The position numbers and the translations under genes are program-made. Of a DNA stretch of 64,000 nt, positions 9,071-19,052 are shown piece after piece (the first letter of the stretch is position 1; the number at the start of each line of letters is the position of its first letter). Source of the stretch: an uncultured Nitrospiraceae bacterium (GTDB taxonomy: Bacteria; Nitrospirota; Thermodesulfovibrionia; Thermodesulfovibrionales; SM23-35); contig CAVSHB010000002.1 of assembly GCA_963727775.1 (NCBI GenBank), positions 320,001-384,000 on the forward strand, given 5' to 3'. The notes beneath the pieces were generated by a model. It was not told the origin of the DNA and made no database searches. It saw nothing but the letters and a program-made list of their open reading frames with translations.

Positions 9071-9523
9071 ATGTCTGCTTTCTCAGGTAAATATTACTAC
9101 ACGGTTGATCCAAAAGGAAGAATTATAATTCCCGCTCCTTTCAGGGAGATTATTACAAGTAATTATAGCGCAAAACTTTGTGTTACGAATGCGCCATTTG
9201 ATAAGTGTCTTTATATATATCCTATGGAGGAATGGAATAAGCTGCAGGATCAAGTGCGGACAAAGCCGAAATCTGATGAGGCGATAAGATTTTTCTTAAG
9301 GAGAGTAGTAGCATCAGCCATCGAAGTTGATATGGACAAACAAGGAAGGGTTCTCGTCCCTGCTGCCCTCAGGGAGGATGCGAATATCAATTCGAATGTT
9401 GTTATGGCCGGGCAGATAGAAAGGATTGAATTATGGGACAGAAGTGAGTGGGACTCCTTATTTGATCCTGCAAAGATAGATAGAAAAGCTATTGAAGAAA
9501 GACTTGCAACCCATGGTCTTTAA
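9071..9523 (+). CDS. mraZ: Division/cell wall cluster transcriptional repressor MraZ
   Basis: DPKGRII / DKQGRV repeats; GGAGGA SD before ATG 9071 (the ORF track start 9008 overlaps the promoter). Confidence 0.97.
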   Translation: MSAFSGKYYYTVDPKGRIIIPAPFREIITSNYSAKLCVTNAPFDKCLYIYPMEEWNKLQDQVRTKPKSDEAIRFFLRRVVASAIEVDMDKQGRVLVPAALREDANINSNVVMAGQIERIELWDRSEWDSLFDPAKIDRKAIEERLATHGL

Positions 9524-9547
9524 GCTTATATAGACAGGAGATTAACT

Positions 9548-10423
9548 ATAGAGACTACGCATCTGCCGGTTATGCAGCACGAGGTGATTGAGATGCTTAA
9601 GCCCGGGCAGGGGGGAGTGTATGTAGATGCAACGATCGGAGCCGGGGGACATGCTGAAAAGATATTGGCCCGTATCGGTCCGGAAGGAAAACTCATCGGA
9701 ATAGACAGAGATGCTGATGCCCTGAAAATAACAGAAAGAAAGCTGTCGGATAAAAGGGTTGTTTTGAAAAGGGGGAGTTTTTCGGATATGGAAGGTCTGC
9801 TCCATGAAGAAAGGATATCCGTGGTTGACGGAATTCTTTTTGACCTTGGTGTATCAATGATGCAGTTAAAGGACCTTAACAGAGGATTTAGCTTTTCCTC
9901 TGTCGAACGTCTCGATATGAGAATGGATGAAAGGCAGAAGGTGTCCGCATGGGATGTCGTGAACAAATACCCGGAAAAAGAGCTTGAACGGATACTGAAA
10001 GATTTCGGTGAGGAGCACCTGTCAAGAAAGATAGCCAGGGCAATAATCATGGTAAGGGGTAAAAAACCGATTCAAACAGGCGTTGAACTGTCCAAAATCG
10101 TGGAAGGCGCTTATGGCGGAAGGGGGAGATTGCATCCCGCTACAAGGACATTCCAGGCATTGAGGATTGAGGTCAATAAAGAGCTTGACCAACTGACAAA
10201 AGGGCTTAAAGCGGCCCTGCGTCTCCTTAAGAAAGGCGGCAGGTTGTGCGTTATCGCATATCACTCCTTAGAGGACAGGGTTGTAAAGCACTTTCTGGCG
10301 GATTGCTCGAAAAGCGGTTTGATGAAGATAATCACGAAGAAGCCGATAACTCCGTTACTTGAAGAGCAAAGATTCAATCCCTCTTCAAGGAGCGCAAAAC
10401 TCAGAGCGGCGGAAAGGATATGA
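9548..10423 (+). CDS. rsmH: 16S rRNA m4C1402 methyltransferase RsmH
   Basis: DATIGAGGHA, DLGVS, HPATRTFQALRI, NPSSRSAKLR. The conserved H-x-P-V lies upstream of ATG 9572, so the start is placed at ATA 9548. Confidence 0.95.
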   Translation: METTHLPVMQHEVIEMLKPGQGGVYVDATIGAGGHAEKILARIGPEGKLIGIDRDADALKITERKLSDKRVVLKRGSFSDMEGLLHEERISVVDGILFDLGVSMMQLKDLNRGFSFSSVERLDMRMDERQKVSAWDVVNKYPEKELERILKDFGEEHLSRKIARAIIMVRGKKPIQTGVELSKIVEGAYGGRGRLHPATRTFQALRIEVNKELDQLTKGLKAALRLLKKGGRLCVIAYHSLEDRVVKHFLADCSKSGLMKIITKKPITPLLEEQRFNPSSRSAKLRAAERI

Positions 10424-10767
10424 TGCGGAAAGGCATTCTGAGCATGTTGTCTTTCATCGTCAAACCTTGCCTGATCATCCTACTGATCTTTGGGGTATTC
10501 GGCGTTGTTTATATCAGGTCAAGCTTTTTGAGATTGGAATATAGCCTCGGTGAACTCGAAACAAAAAAGATGAATTATCTTAGGGAAAGAAAGATACTGC
10601 TTGCCGAAAAGATAAGCCTGCTGTCTTTTGCAAAATTTGAGGGGGATCAAAGGGGCAGCGACAGTTTTATCTTGCCTGACAGGATTAAGGTAATTCACGT
10701 AGATAGGCAGAAAAGATTTTTGCCTTATAAGGCCTCTCTGGAGAGAAAGCAATTGTCCGAACCTTAA
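10420..10767 (+). CDS. ftsL: Cell division protein FtsL-like
   Basis: Single TM plus coiled coil, positioned between rsmH and ftsI. Confidence 0.7.
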   Translation: MMRKGILSMLSFIVKPCLIILLIFGVFGVVYIRSSFLRLEYSLGELETKKMNYLRERKILLAEKISLLSFAKFEGDQRGSDSFILPDRIKVIHVDRQKRFLPYKASLERKQLSEP

Positions 10768-10785
10768 AGAGACGGGGGTGGGGGG

Positions 10786-12486
10786 TTGAGTAAAAAAAGG
10801 GCGATCATCCTCAATACTGCAATAATCTTTAGTTTTATATTAATATCTCTGCGCCTTGTTGACCTGATGGTCATCAACCATAAGCGTTTGACGGATAAGG
10901 CGAACCAGCAGCATATAAAAGTTGAAGATATCCAGGTCAGAAGGGGGATAATATTCGACAGGCGCGGCAGGGAACTTGCGCTGAATCTCGACCTCGAATC
11001 TCTTTACGGTAACCCTGATAGCCTTAATCTTGACGATGAAGGAGTAAAAAAACTTGCATCGGTGATAGAAAAAAATCCCGGAGATATTATCTCAAAAATT
11101 CCTCAGGAAGGGAAATTTGTGTGGATAGAGAGGAAGCTCGATCCGGATATCGCAGATAAAGTAAAGGGGTTGGACATCGATGGATTGGGGTTTATGACGG
11201 AGGCAAAGAGATTTTATCCGAAAGGAGAACTCGCCTCTCATATCCTCGGGTTTGTCGGTGTTGACAATCAGGCGCTTGAAGGTGTCGAGTTAAAATATAA
11301 CAAATATCTTAAAACCACAGGCGGGAAAGTATTCCTGGAGAGGGACGCAAGCGGCAGGACATTGTCATCGGGAGTGAATACAGAGGCCAAGGGGAATAAC
11401 ATTGTGCTGACAATAGATGAAGTGTTGCAGCGCCTTGTTGAGAAGGAGCTCGATAAAGCCATGTCGCAATGGAGGGCTGCCGCCGCTTCAGTAATCATGA
11501 TGGACCCTTTTACAGGAGAGATACTCGCCCTTGCAAACAGGCCTGCATACGACCCGAACAAAGGGAGTAAAGCGGGCGCTAACGAGAAGCGGAACAGGGC
11601 CATTACCGATTGCTATGAGCCGGGATCGACATTCAAGATAATAATCGGCACAGGTTCACTCGAAGAGAACATAGTAAAACCGGGCACATTATTTGATGTC
11701 AGCAGGGGAGGGATAGACGTCGGAGGGAAGACTATCCGGGATGTCCACAAGCACGGAGTCCTTACTTTTAAGGAGGTCATCCAGAAATCTTCGAATGTAG
11801 GTTCAATCATGATCGGCATGAAGCTCGGTAGGGAAAGGGTTTACAAATATGCAAAGCTGTTGGGTATCGGCGAAAAGACAGGAATAGACCTTGTGGGTGA
11901 GGTTTCAGGCTGGATACATTCGCCTGAAAGGTGGTCGAGTACATCCATCGGCGCAATACCTATCGGGCAGGAGGTCGCTGTGACACCTTTACAGATTCTA
12001 AGAGCTTATTCAGCGGTTGCCAATGGCGGGTTTCTTGTCAGGCCGCATGTTGTGACCGAGATAATCTCACCTGAGGGACAGATTATCGCGTCAATGAAGG
12101 ACAAAGAAATGAAACGGGTTCTTTCTGCAAAAACTGCGGAAACCTTTAAAGATATATTAAAAAGCGTTACAGAAGAAGGCGGGACAGGAAAGGGCGCAGC
12201 GGTAGAAGGGAATGAGGTGGCCGGCAAAACAGGCACCGCGCAGATAATAAACCCCTTAACAAAAAGGTATTCGAAAGAAAAGTATGTCAGCTCGTTTGTG
12301 GGGTTTGTGCCGGCCGACAAACCGAGGTTTGCAATAATCGTCGTCGTTTATGAGCCGAAAGGCGCGATTTATGGCGGCGCGGTGGCCGCGCCTGTCTTCA
12401 AGGAGATTGCGAGCCAATCATTGTCGTATCTTGATGTGCCGATGGAAGACAATCGTTCCCGCAATCCTTTGATGGTTTTGAGATGA
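10786..12486 (+). CDS. ftsI: Septal penicillin-binding transpeptidase FtsI/PBP3
   Basis: RG.I.DR.G, EPGSTFK (SxxK), SSN and KTGT motifs. Confidence 0.95.
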   Translation: MSKKRAIILNTAIIFSFILISLRLVDLMVINHKRLTDKANQQHIKVEDIQVRRGIIFDRRGRELALNLDLESLYGNPDSLNLDDEGVKKLASVIEKNPGDIISKIPQEGKFVWIERKLDPDIADKVKGLDIDGLGFMTEAKRFYPKGELASHILGFVGVDNQALEGVELKYNKYLKTTGGKVFLERDASGRTLSSGVNTEAKGNNIVLTIDEVLQRLVEKELDKAMSQWRAAAASVIMMDPFTGEILALANRPAYDPNKGSKAGANEKRNRAITDCYEPGSTFKIIIGTGSLEENIVKPGTLFDVSRGGIDVGGKTIRDVHKHGVLTFKEVIQKSSNVGSIMIGMKLGRERVYKYAKLLGIGEKTGIDLVGEVSGWIHSPERWSSTSIGAIPIGQEVAVTPLQILRAYSAVANGGFLVRPHVVTEIISPEGQIIASMKDKEMKRVLSAKTAETFKDILKSVTEEGGTGKGAAVEGNEVAGKTGTAQIINPLTKRYSKEKYVSSFVGFVPADKPRFAIIVVVYEPKGAIYGGAVAAPVFKEIASQSLSYLDVPMEDNRSRNPLMVLR

Positions 12487-14078
12487 TGCTGAAACAGATA
12501 CTCGATGATTGTCGTTATATGAGTAATAATATAGATATGGAGAGAGATATATCAGGGATAGCGTATGATTCACGAAACGTTAAGGATGGATATCTTTTCG
12601 TCGCGATAAAAGGAGAAAAGGTTGACGGGCACGATTTTATCAAAGACGCGGGAGAAAGGGGCGCGGTCGCGGTAGTGTGCGAGCGCAATTATGCAAAATA
12701 CAACCTGTCTCAATCGGAGATGAACGAGGAAAGTAATTCGGAATTCTCTTTAATACACGTCGATAACAGCAGGATAGCGCTGGCATGCATAGCGAATAAT
12801 TTTTACGAAAGACCGTCGGAGAAATTGACGTTAATAGGCATAACCGGTACAAACGGAAAGACGACGACCACATATCTGCTGAAGTCTATTCTTGAATCAT
12901 GGGGGCGGCATGTTGGACTCATCGGCACTATTCAATATATGATAAAAGATAGGGTCTGCCCCGCGCTCCATACAACACCTGAATCCCTCGAGTTTCAGTG
13001 TCTTTTAAGGGAGATGTTTTTATCGGGATGTACTCATGTTATCTCAGAGGTCTCTTCTCACGCCCTTGCGCAGCATAGGGCGGACAGAGCTGTCTTCCAT
13101 ACGGCAGTGTTTACTAATCTTACAAGGGACCATCTGGATTTTCATAAAACAATGGAGGATTACTTTAAGGTAAAAGAGAGGCTGTTTACAGAACTTCTCG
13201 ATGATAAAGGTACGGTTGTCCTCAATGCGGATGACCCCTACGGGAGGAGACTGGGTTCTGAGCTGAAAACCGCCGGCAATGGCTATAAAAATATATTGAC
13301 ATACGGCCTTGGGAAAGGGGCGGATATCGCTGCCGGAGATATTGGCAACTCAATCCTGGGGTTGAGATTTAAGCTCTCGTTTAATGGGGAAAACTTTTAT
13401 ATTACATCTCCGCTGATGGGACTCCCTAATGTATATAACATATTGTCTGCGGTGGGGGCCTCGATATCATTGGGTGTGTCCTGGCAGGCAATTCTTGAAG
13501 GCATTGCAAAAACGGGAAATATACCGGGCAGGTTTGAAAGGGTTGATATAGGACAAAGCTTTTTATGCGTTATTGATTATGCTCATACTGAAGATGCGCT
13601 CGAAAGGCTGATATCTACCGCAAGGGAGCTGATTGCGTCCTCCCATCCCCACCTTACTAAGGGGGGGTATGAGGGGGGTGAGTACTCCACGGTAGCCGCT
13701 CGTCATCCCCGGCTCATCACCGTATTCGGCTGCGGGGGAGACAGGGACCGGGGCAAGAGGCCTGTGATGGGAGCGATTGCAACGAGGCTCAGTGACGTTG
13801 TGATTATCACCTCTGATAATCCGAGGTCTGAAGAACCGACAGCAATCATTAAGGATATCGAAGAAGGGACGATAAGGAAAAACTATATCATAGAGACTGA
13901 CAGAAGACAGGCCATTGTGAAGGCAGTTGAAACGGCTGATGACGGCGACCTCATTCTCATCGCAGGGAAAGGGCATGAAGATTATCAGGAGATAAAAGGC
14001 GTCAGGTTTCATTTCAGCGACAGGGATGAGCTGACAAAGGCAATCAAAGATAAATTAAGAATTGATAATACTCAATGA
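12483..14078 (+). CDS. murE: UDP-MurNAc-tripeptide ligase MurE (meso-DAP specific)
   Basis: GTNGKTT, DYAHT, DNPR (DAP specificity), AGKGHE. Confidence 0.96.
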   Translation: MMLKQILDDCRYMSNNIDMERDISGIAYDSRNVKDGYLFVAIKGEKVDGHDFIKDAGERGAVAVVCERNYAKYNLSQSEMNEESNSEFSLIHVDNSRIALACIANNFYERPSEKLTLIGITGTNGKTTTTYLLKSILESWGRHVGLIGTIQYMIKDRVCPALHTTPESLEFQCLLREMFLSGCTHVISEVSSHALAQHRADRAVFHTAVFTNLTRDHLDFHKTMEDYFKVKERLFTELLDDKGTVVLNADDPYGRRLGSELKTAGNGYKNILTYGLGKGADIAAGDIGNSILGLRFKLSFNGENFYITSPLMGLPNVYNILSAVGASISLGVSWQAILEGIAKTGNIPGRFERVDIGQSFLCVIDYAHTEDALERLISTARELIASSHPHLTKGGYEGGEYSTVAARHPRLITVFGCGGDRDRGKRPVMGAIATRLSDVVIITSDNPRSEEPTAIIKDIEEGTIRKNYIIETDRRQAIVKAVETADDGDLILIAGKGHEDYQEIKGVRFHFSDRDELTKAIKDKLRIDNTQ

Positions 14079-15454
14079 ATACTTTGGAATGCAGTAAAAC
14101 AGATAGTACGGACATGTTAAAAACCGAAGACATTATAGAGGCAACGGGCGGTAATGTCATTTATGGAAATGCAAGGCCTTTTACAGGGGTTTGCATAGAT
14201 TCAAGGCAAATAAAGGAAGACGAGCTGTTCATAGCGCTTAAAGGTGACAGATTCGATGGACATGATTTCCTCACGGAGGCATTGGAGAAAGGAAGTGGCG
14301 CTATCGTAAGCCTTCACGCAGTGAAACCTGTCAGGGATAAAACGATATTCCGTGTGAACAATACATTAAAGGCATTGCAGGATTTAGCGCGTTTTATGCG
14401 TTTCCGAAAGGATGTCCCGGTTGTTGCTATAACCGGTTCGAACGGAAAGACAACGACAAAGGAGTTGGTCGCTTCAATCCTTGCGAAGAAATATCGGGTA
14501 TTGAAGAATACAGGGAATCTGAATAACCATATCGGTCTTCCTTTGACTCTGACAAAGATAAGCGATGAGGACGAAGTTGTTGTACTTGAGATGGGTGCGA
14601 GCGGACCCGGTGAAATCAAGGAACTCTGCAGGATAGCGGCCCCTGATTACGGAATCTTGACGAATATAAGCCGTGCCCATCTTCAGGGATTTAAGGATAT
14701 TGAAACAATAAGAAAGACGAAGCTGGAACTTATAGACACTGTGAAGACGGCTATTGTTAATGCGGATGATATTTTTATGATGGAAGGAGTTCATGCGTCA
14801 GGGTTTAGAGGTTTGCTAATCAGATACGGGATAAAAAACCCTGCGGAGATCAGTGCCGCTGATATAAAACTGTATGATAGAGGTTCAAGCTTTACATTGC
14901 ATACCGCCGGGGATAAGTCTGTGGCAGTCAACTCAAAGGTATCGGGGATGTTTAATATTTACAACATCCTCGCAGCTGCTTCAGTCGGCCATCTCATGAA
15001 CATTGACCCAACGGATTTGAAGGATGCGATCGACTCTTTCACAGGCGTTCCGATGAGGCTTGAGCTAATAGAATTGAATGGGATTAAGGTGATTAGTGAC
15101 GTCTATAATGCCAACCCTGCGTCAATGGAAGAAGCTGTGAAAGAGCTTGTCAGAATAAAGAAAGGAAGGGCAATCGCTGTCCTTGGAGATATGCTGGAGC
15201 TCGGACCATATGAAGAGGAGGCCCACAGAAAAATCGGCATCTTGATGTCGGAGCTTCCGGTTGACATCTTTATTGCAGTGGGACATCGTATGGCATTCGC
15301 CGCGTCTGAATTTAAGGGGGAGGTTCATAAACTGAATACCTCAACGGAAGCAGGAAGGATGTTAAAAGATCTTGATAAAAAGGGAGATACGGTTCTAATA
15401 AAGGGATCGAGGGGAATGAACATGGAAAAGGTTCTGGAGGAATATGCTCTATAG
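14075..15454 (+). CDS. murF: UDP-MurNAc-tripeptide:D-Ala-D-Ala ligase MurF
   Basis: GSNGKTTTKE, NNHIGLP, YNANPASM, LGDMLELG, KGSRG. Confidence 0.96.
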   Translation: MNTLECSKTDSTDMLKTEDIIEATGGNVIYGNARPFTGVCIDSRQIKEDELFIALKGDRFDGHDFLTEALEKGSGAIVSLHAVKPVRDKTIFRVNNTLKALQDLARFMRFRKDVPVVAITGSNGKTTTKELVASILAKKYRVLKNTGNLNNHIGLPLTLTKISDEDEVVVLEMGASGPGEIKELCRIAAPDYGILTNISRAHLQGFKDIETIRKTKLELIDTVKTAIVNADDIFMMEGVHASGFRGLLIRYGIKNPAEISAADIKLYDRGSSFTLHTAGDKSVAVNSKVSGMFNIYNILAAASVGHLMNIDPTDLKDAIDSFTGVPMRLELIELNGIKVISDVYNANPASMEEAVKELVRIKKGRAIAVLGDMLELGPYEEEAHRKIGILMSELPVDIFIAVGHRMAFAASEFKGEVHKLNTSTEAGRMLKDLDKKGDTVLIKGSRGMNMEKVLEEYAL

Positions 15455-16526
15455 CCTTTTATATGGCCTGCATGATTGGTTTTCGCCCCTGAATGTCTTC
15501 AGATATATAACATTCAGGACATCGTTGGCTATTATTACAGCGATGCTTTTTGCTTTGTTGCTGGGGCCTCGGATAATCGGTAAACTCAAGAAATTGAGCT
15601 TGACCCAGCATATACGCGATGACGGCCCCAAGGCCCATATGGGCAAAGAAGGCACGCCTACCATGGGGGGGCTTCTTATTATCCTCTGTATCCTCCTCTC
15701 TATACTGATGTGGGGTGACCTCAGAAATATCTATATCTGGGTAATGATTATTCCATTGATAGGGTTTGGGGGAATAGGTTTTCTTGATGATTATCTGAAA
15801 ATTGCGAGGAACAGCCACAAAGGTCTCAGGGCTTATCAAAAATTCGGACTTCAGATAGTCCTTGCTGTGCTTATTGGACTATTCCTTTACATGAACCCCA
15901 AAGACCCCTATGCAGATGTGCTGAGCATCCCTTTTTTTAAGAAATGGCTCGTTGATCTTGGACTGCTCTATATACCTTTTTCGGTGGTGGTCATGGTAGG
16001 TTCATCAAATGCCGTTAACCTCACCGACGGTATAGACGGGCTTGCGATCGGTCTTGTCGCTGTAGCGGTCCTGGCCAATGGGGTACTTGTTTATATATCC
16101 GGGAATAAGGTATTGGCACAGTATCTCCAGGTTTTGTATCTGTCCGGTACCGGGGAGCTTACGGTTTTTTGCGGCGCAATGTTCGGGGCCGCGCTGGGGT
16201 TCCTATGGTTCAACTCTTATCCGGCAGATGTTTTTATGGGCGATGTGGGGTCTCTCGCGCTTGGCGGTACACTCGGTACCCTTGCTGTAATAACTAAGCA
16301 CGAGATAGTTTTGGCCATTGTCGGCGGTATCTTTGTTATCGAGACAATCTCCGTAATGGTGCAGGTGGCATCCTTCAAGCTTACAGGAAAAAGGGTTTTC
16401 AGAATGGCGCCCATCCATCACCATTTTGAGTTGAAGGGCTGGCCTGAGCCGAAGGTAATCATAAGGTTCTGGATAATCGGAATCATGCTTGCTCTCTTGA
16501 GCCTGGCAACTTTAAAAGTGAGGTGA
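15444..16526 (+). CDS. mraY: Phospho-MurNAc-pentapeptide transferase MraY
   Basis: GTPTMGG, DD, NLTDGIDG, APIHHHFE. Confidence 0.97.
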   Translation: MLYSLLYGLHDWFSPLNVFRYITFRTSLAIITAMLFALLLGPRIIGKLKKLSLTQHIRDDGPKAHMGKEGTPTMGGLLIILCILLSILMWGDLRNIYIWVMIIPLIGFGGIGFLDDYLKIARNSHKGLRAYQKFGLQIVLAVLIGLFLYMNPKDPYADVLSIPFFKKWLVDLGLLYIPFSVVVMVGSSNAVNLTDGIDGLAIGLVAVAVLANGVLVYISGNKVLAQYLQVLYLSGTGELTVFCGAMFGAALGFLWFNSYPADVFMGDVGSLALGGTLGTLAVITKHEIVLAIVGGIFVIETISVMVQVASFKLTGKRVFRMAPIHHHFELKGWPEPKVIIRFWIIGIMLALLSLATLKVR

Positions 16527-17647
16527 TTATGAACAAAAGTATACAGAATATAGCAGTCCGTAGAAAGGGAAAGAATAAAAGGTATTTATTTATTTTCCTG
16601 TTTGCTGTCTGCTGTTTGCTGCCTGCCGGCTCTTTCGCTGGTGAGATTCGGTCCCGTGCCGCTGTAGCGATAGATGTGTCAACGGGGAAGACCCTTTACG
16701 CAAAAAACCCTGATCTCAGATGCGCTCCGGCGAGCACAACAAAACTGATGACCGCAATAGTCGCGATAGAAAATGCTGACTTTAAGGATGTTGTTACGAT
16801 AAGCAGGAATGCGTCTCTCGTCTCCCCCCATAAGGCGGGGTTTAAAGCCGGCGATAAGGTAACGATAGAGAAGCTCTTGTATGCTGCGCTTATCGGCTCT
16901 GCGAACGATGCAGCCGTTGCTCTTGCAGAAGGGGTTGCCGGCTCCGAGGCTGAATTTGTCGAACTCATGAACAGAAAGGCCGCGACAATCGGTGCAAGGA
17001 ATACGAGATTCATAAATCCTAACGGGCTTCCGGGACCCGGACAATATACCACTGCGTCAGATTTATCAAAGATAATGAATTATGCGCTCAGATATCCAAA
17101 GCTGAGGGAGATCATAGGGACCCGCGTTGCGGAGATCTCGACACAGAGCGGTAAAACCATATTTTTGAAGAACACGAACAGGCTTTTATGGTCCGATGAA
17201 GAACTTGTTGGAGGAAAGACGGGATATACACGAAAAGCAAGACACTGCTTTGTATGCGCTGCCGAACGCGACAAAGATACGGTCATTGTCGCAATTCTCG
17301 GCAGTCCGAGCAGGGATGAACTCTGGAAAGAGTCGGAAACACTTATCGGGAAGGGATTTGAAGTAAAAGGAAACAGGGAGAACCCGGTTGTTTATGTTAC
17401 ACAGATAGACAGCGATTCATTTGATTCAGAGAAAGCATCCTTCAAGAAAAGGTCAAAAATCAAAGGTCAAAAATCAAAAATACACAAGGGTAAAAGATAT
17501 ATAGCACAGAAGGCTGGAAAACATAAGAAGGCAACGGCATTGGCAAAGAGCAAGTGTAAAGCAAAGATATATGCAAAATGCAAGAGCACTAAAAGGAAGA
17601 ATTACAGGGTTGCAAAGAAAGGCGCAATTGAAAGAAGTGAAGGGTAA
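16523..17647 (+). CDS. D-alanyl-D-alanine carboxypeptidase (peptidase S11) with a Lys-rich C-terminal tail
   Basis: PASTTK (SxxK), SAN, NPNGL and KTG motifs; signal peptide. Confidence 0.9.
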   Translation: MIMNKSIQNIAVRRKGKNKRYLFIFLFAVCCLLPAGSFAGEIRSRAAVAIDVSTGKTLYAKNPDLRCAPASTTKLMTAIVAIENADFKDVVTISRNASLVSPHKAGFKAGDKVTIEKLLYAALIGSANDAAVALAEGVAGSEAEFVELMNRKAATIGARNTRFINPNGLPGPGQYTTASDLSKIMNYALRYPKLREIIGTRVAEISTQSGKTIFLKNTNRLLWSDEELVGGKTGYTRKARHCFVCAAERDKDTVIVAILGSPSRDELWKESETLIGKGFEVKGNRENPVVYVTQIDSDSFDSEKASFKKRSKIKGQKSKIHKGKRYIAQKAGKHKKATALAKSKCKAKIYAKCKSTKRKNYRVAKKGAIERSEG

Positions 17648-19052
17648 AAATGTTGCGGTCGTCGGTCTTGCGAGGAGTGGAGCAGGCGCCGCAAACCTGC
17701 TTTCTGAACTCGGCGCAAAGGTGACCGTGACAGACATAAAAACAGAGGAAGAGTTGAAGGATTTCATTCCGGGGCTTAATCCGTCCGTCAGGCTTTCTCT
17801 CGGATCACATCCTGCGGGTATTTTTATTAACGCTGATCTTGTGGTAGTAAGCCCCGGAGTCCCGCTTGATATCCGGCCTGTTCTTGACGCGCGATCGAGA
17901 GGGGTCCCGATTATAGGTGAACTTGAACTTGCATATCAAACGGTAAACAGCCTGCAGGATAGAGTGCAGATACCGTTCCTCTCCGTTACCGGAACAAACG
18001 GGAAATCAACAACTACAGCGTTGCTTGACTTCATGATGAAAAAGGCCGGATTCAGAACAATCCTCGGAGGGAATATCGGAAATGCACTGACAGAGGAAGT
18101 TTATAAGCAGAAAATATTCGGCAGGGAACAATCGGTAGATTTTATCGTTGCCGAGGTGTCGAGCTTTCAGCTTGAAACTATAGTGGAGTTCAGGCCGAAG
18201 GTTGCCGCGATAGTCAATATTACTCCCGACCACCTCGACAGGTATCATTCATCGGATGAGTACAGCAGCGCAAAGGCAAGGATGTTCGAAAACCAGAAGA
18301 AGGAAGACTCCCTGGTATTGAACTTTGATGACGCCGGAACAATGAAAGTATTTAGAGACTCGTTGAGAACTCGGAGTTCGGAGTTTCCCAAAACCTTTTT
18401 CTTCAGCAGGAAAGGAGAAGTCAACGGCATCTATTCTAAAAATGGTGTTGTTTATTGCAATTTTAAGGACTCAGAACTCATGACTCAGAACTCAGAACTT
18501 ATAAAGGCCGATGAGATAAAAATAAAAGGTGTCCATAACCTGGAGAACGCCATGGCTGCTTCAGCCATGGCTCTCCTTGCAGGCTGTCCTGTCGGGGCGG
18601 TTATAGAATCCCTGAAGGAATTCCAGGGTCTTGAGCACAGGCTCGAATTTGTCAGAGAACTGAACGGGGTTTCATATTTTAATGATTCAAAGGGAACGAA
18701 TGTCGGAGCGGTCATGAAGTCACTCGAAAGTTTTTCAAGTCCCGTTATTCTGATAGCTGGAGGCAGAGATAAGGCGGGTGACTTCTCTATATTAAAGGGA
18801 TTGGTAAAAGAAAGAGTGAAGTCAATTGTACTTATAGGAGAAGCAAGTCAAACGATCAGGAAGGCCCTTGGAGATATCTCTGATACCGTTATGGCCGTAG
18901 ATTTACGGGACGCCGTAAACAAAGCAAGAAGCATAGCGTTAAAAAGAGATATTGTTCTCCTTTCGCCTGCATGCGCCAGTTTCGATATGTTTTTAAATTT
19001 TGAGGACAGAGGGAAACAATTCAAAAAGATCGTAATGGAAATGGAACAATGA
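17628..19052 (+). CDS. murD: UDP-MurNAc-L-Ala:D-Glu ligase MurD
   Basis: GLARSG, SPG, GTNGKSTT, EVSSFQL, NDSKGTN, SPACASFD. The ORF track starts at 17571; TTG 17628 is more likely. Confidence 0.96.
   Translation: MKEVKGKNVAVVGLARSGAGAANLLSELGAKVTVTDIKTEEELKDFIPGLNPSVRLSLGSHPAGIFINADLVVVSPGVPLDIRPVLDARSRGVPIIGELELAYQTVNSLQDRVQIPFLSVTGTNGKSTTTALLDFMMKKAGFRTILGGNIGNALTEEVYKQKIFGREQSVDFIVAEVSSFQLETIVEFRPKVAAIVNITPDHLDRYHSSDEYSSAKARMFENQKKEDSLVLNFDDAGTMKVFRDSLRTRSSEFPKTFFFSRKGEVNGIYSKNGVVYCNFKDSELMTQNSELIKADEIKIKGVHNLENAMAASAMALLAGCPVGAVIESLKEFQGLEHRLEFVRELNGVSYFNDSKGTNVGAVMKSLESFSSPVILIAGGRDKAGDFSILKGLVKERVKSIVLIGEASQTIRKALGDISDTVMAVDLRDAVNKARSIALKRDIVLLSPACASFDMFLNFEDRGKQFKKIVMEMEQ

Noticed and set aside
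9071..10423. mraZ-rsmH read-through fusion (same frame)
   Set aside because: The TAA stop and a separate SD before the ATA make independent initiation the simpler explanation.
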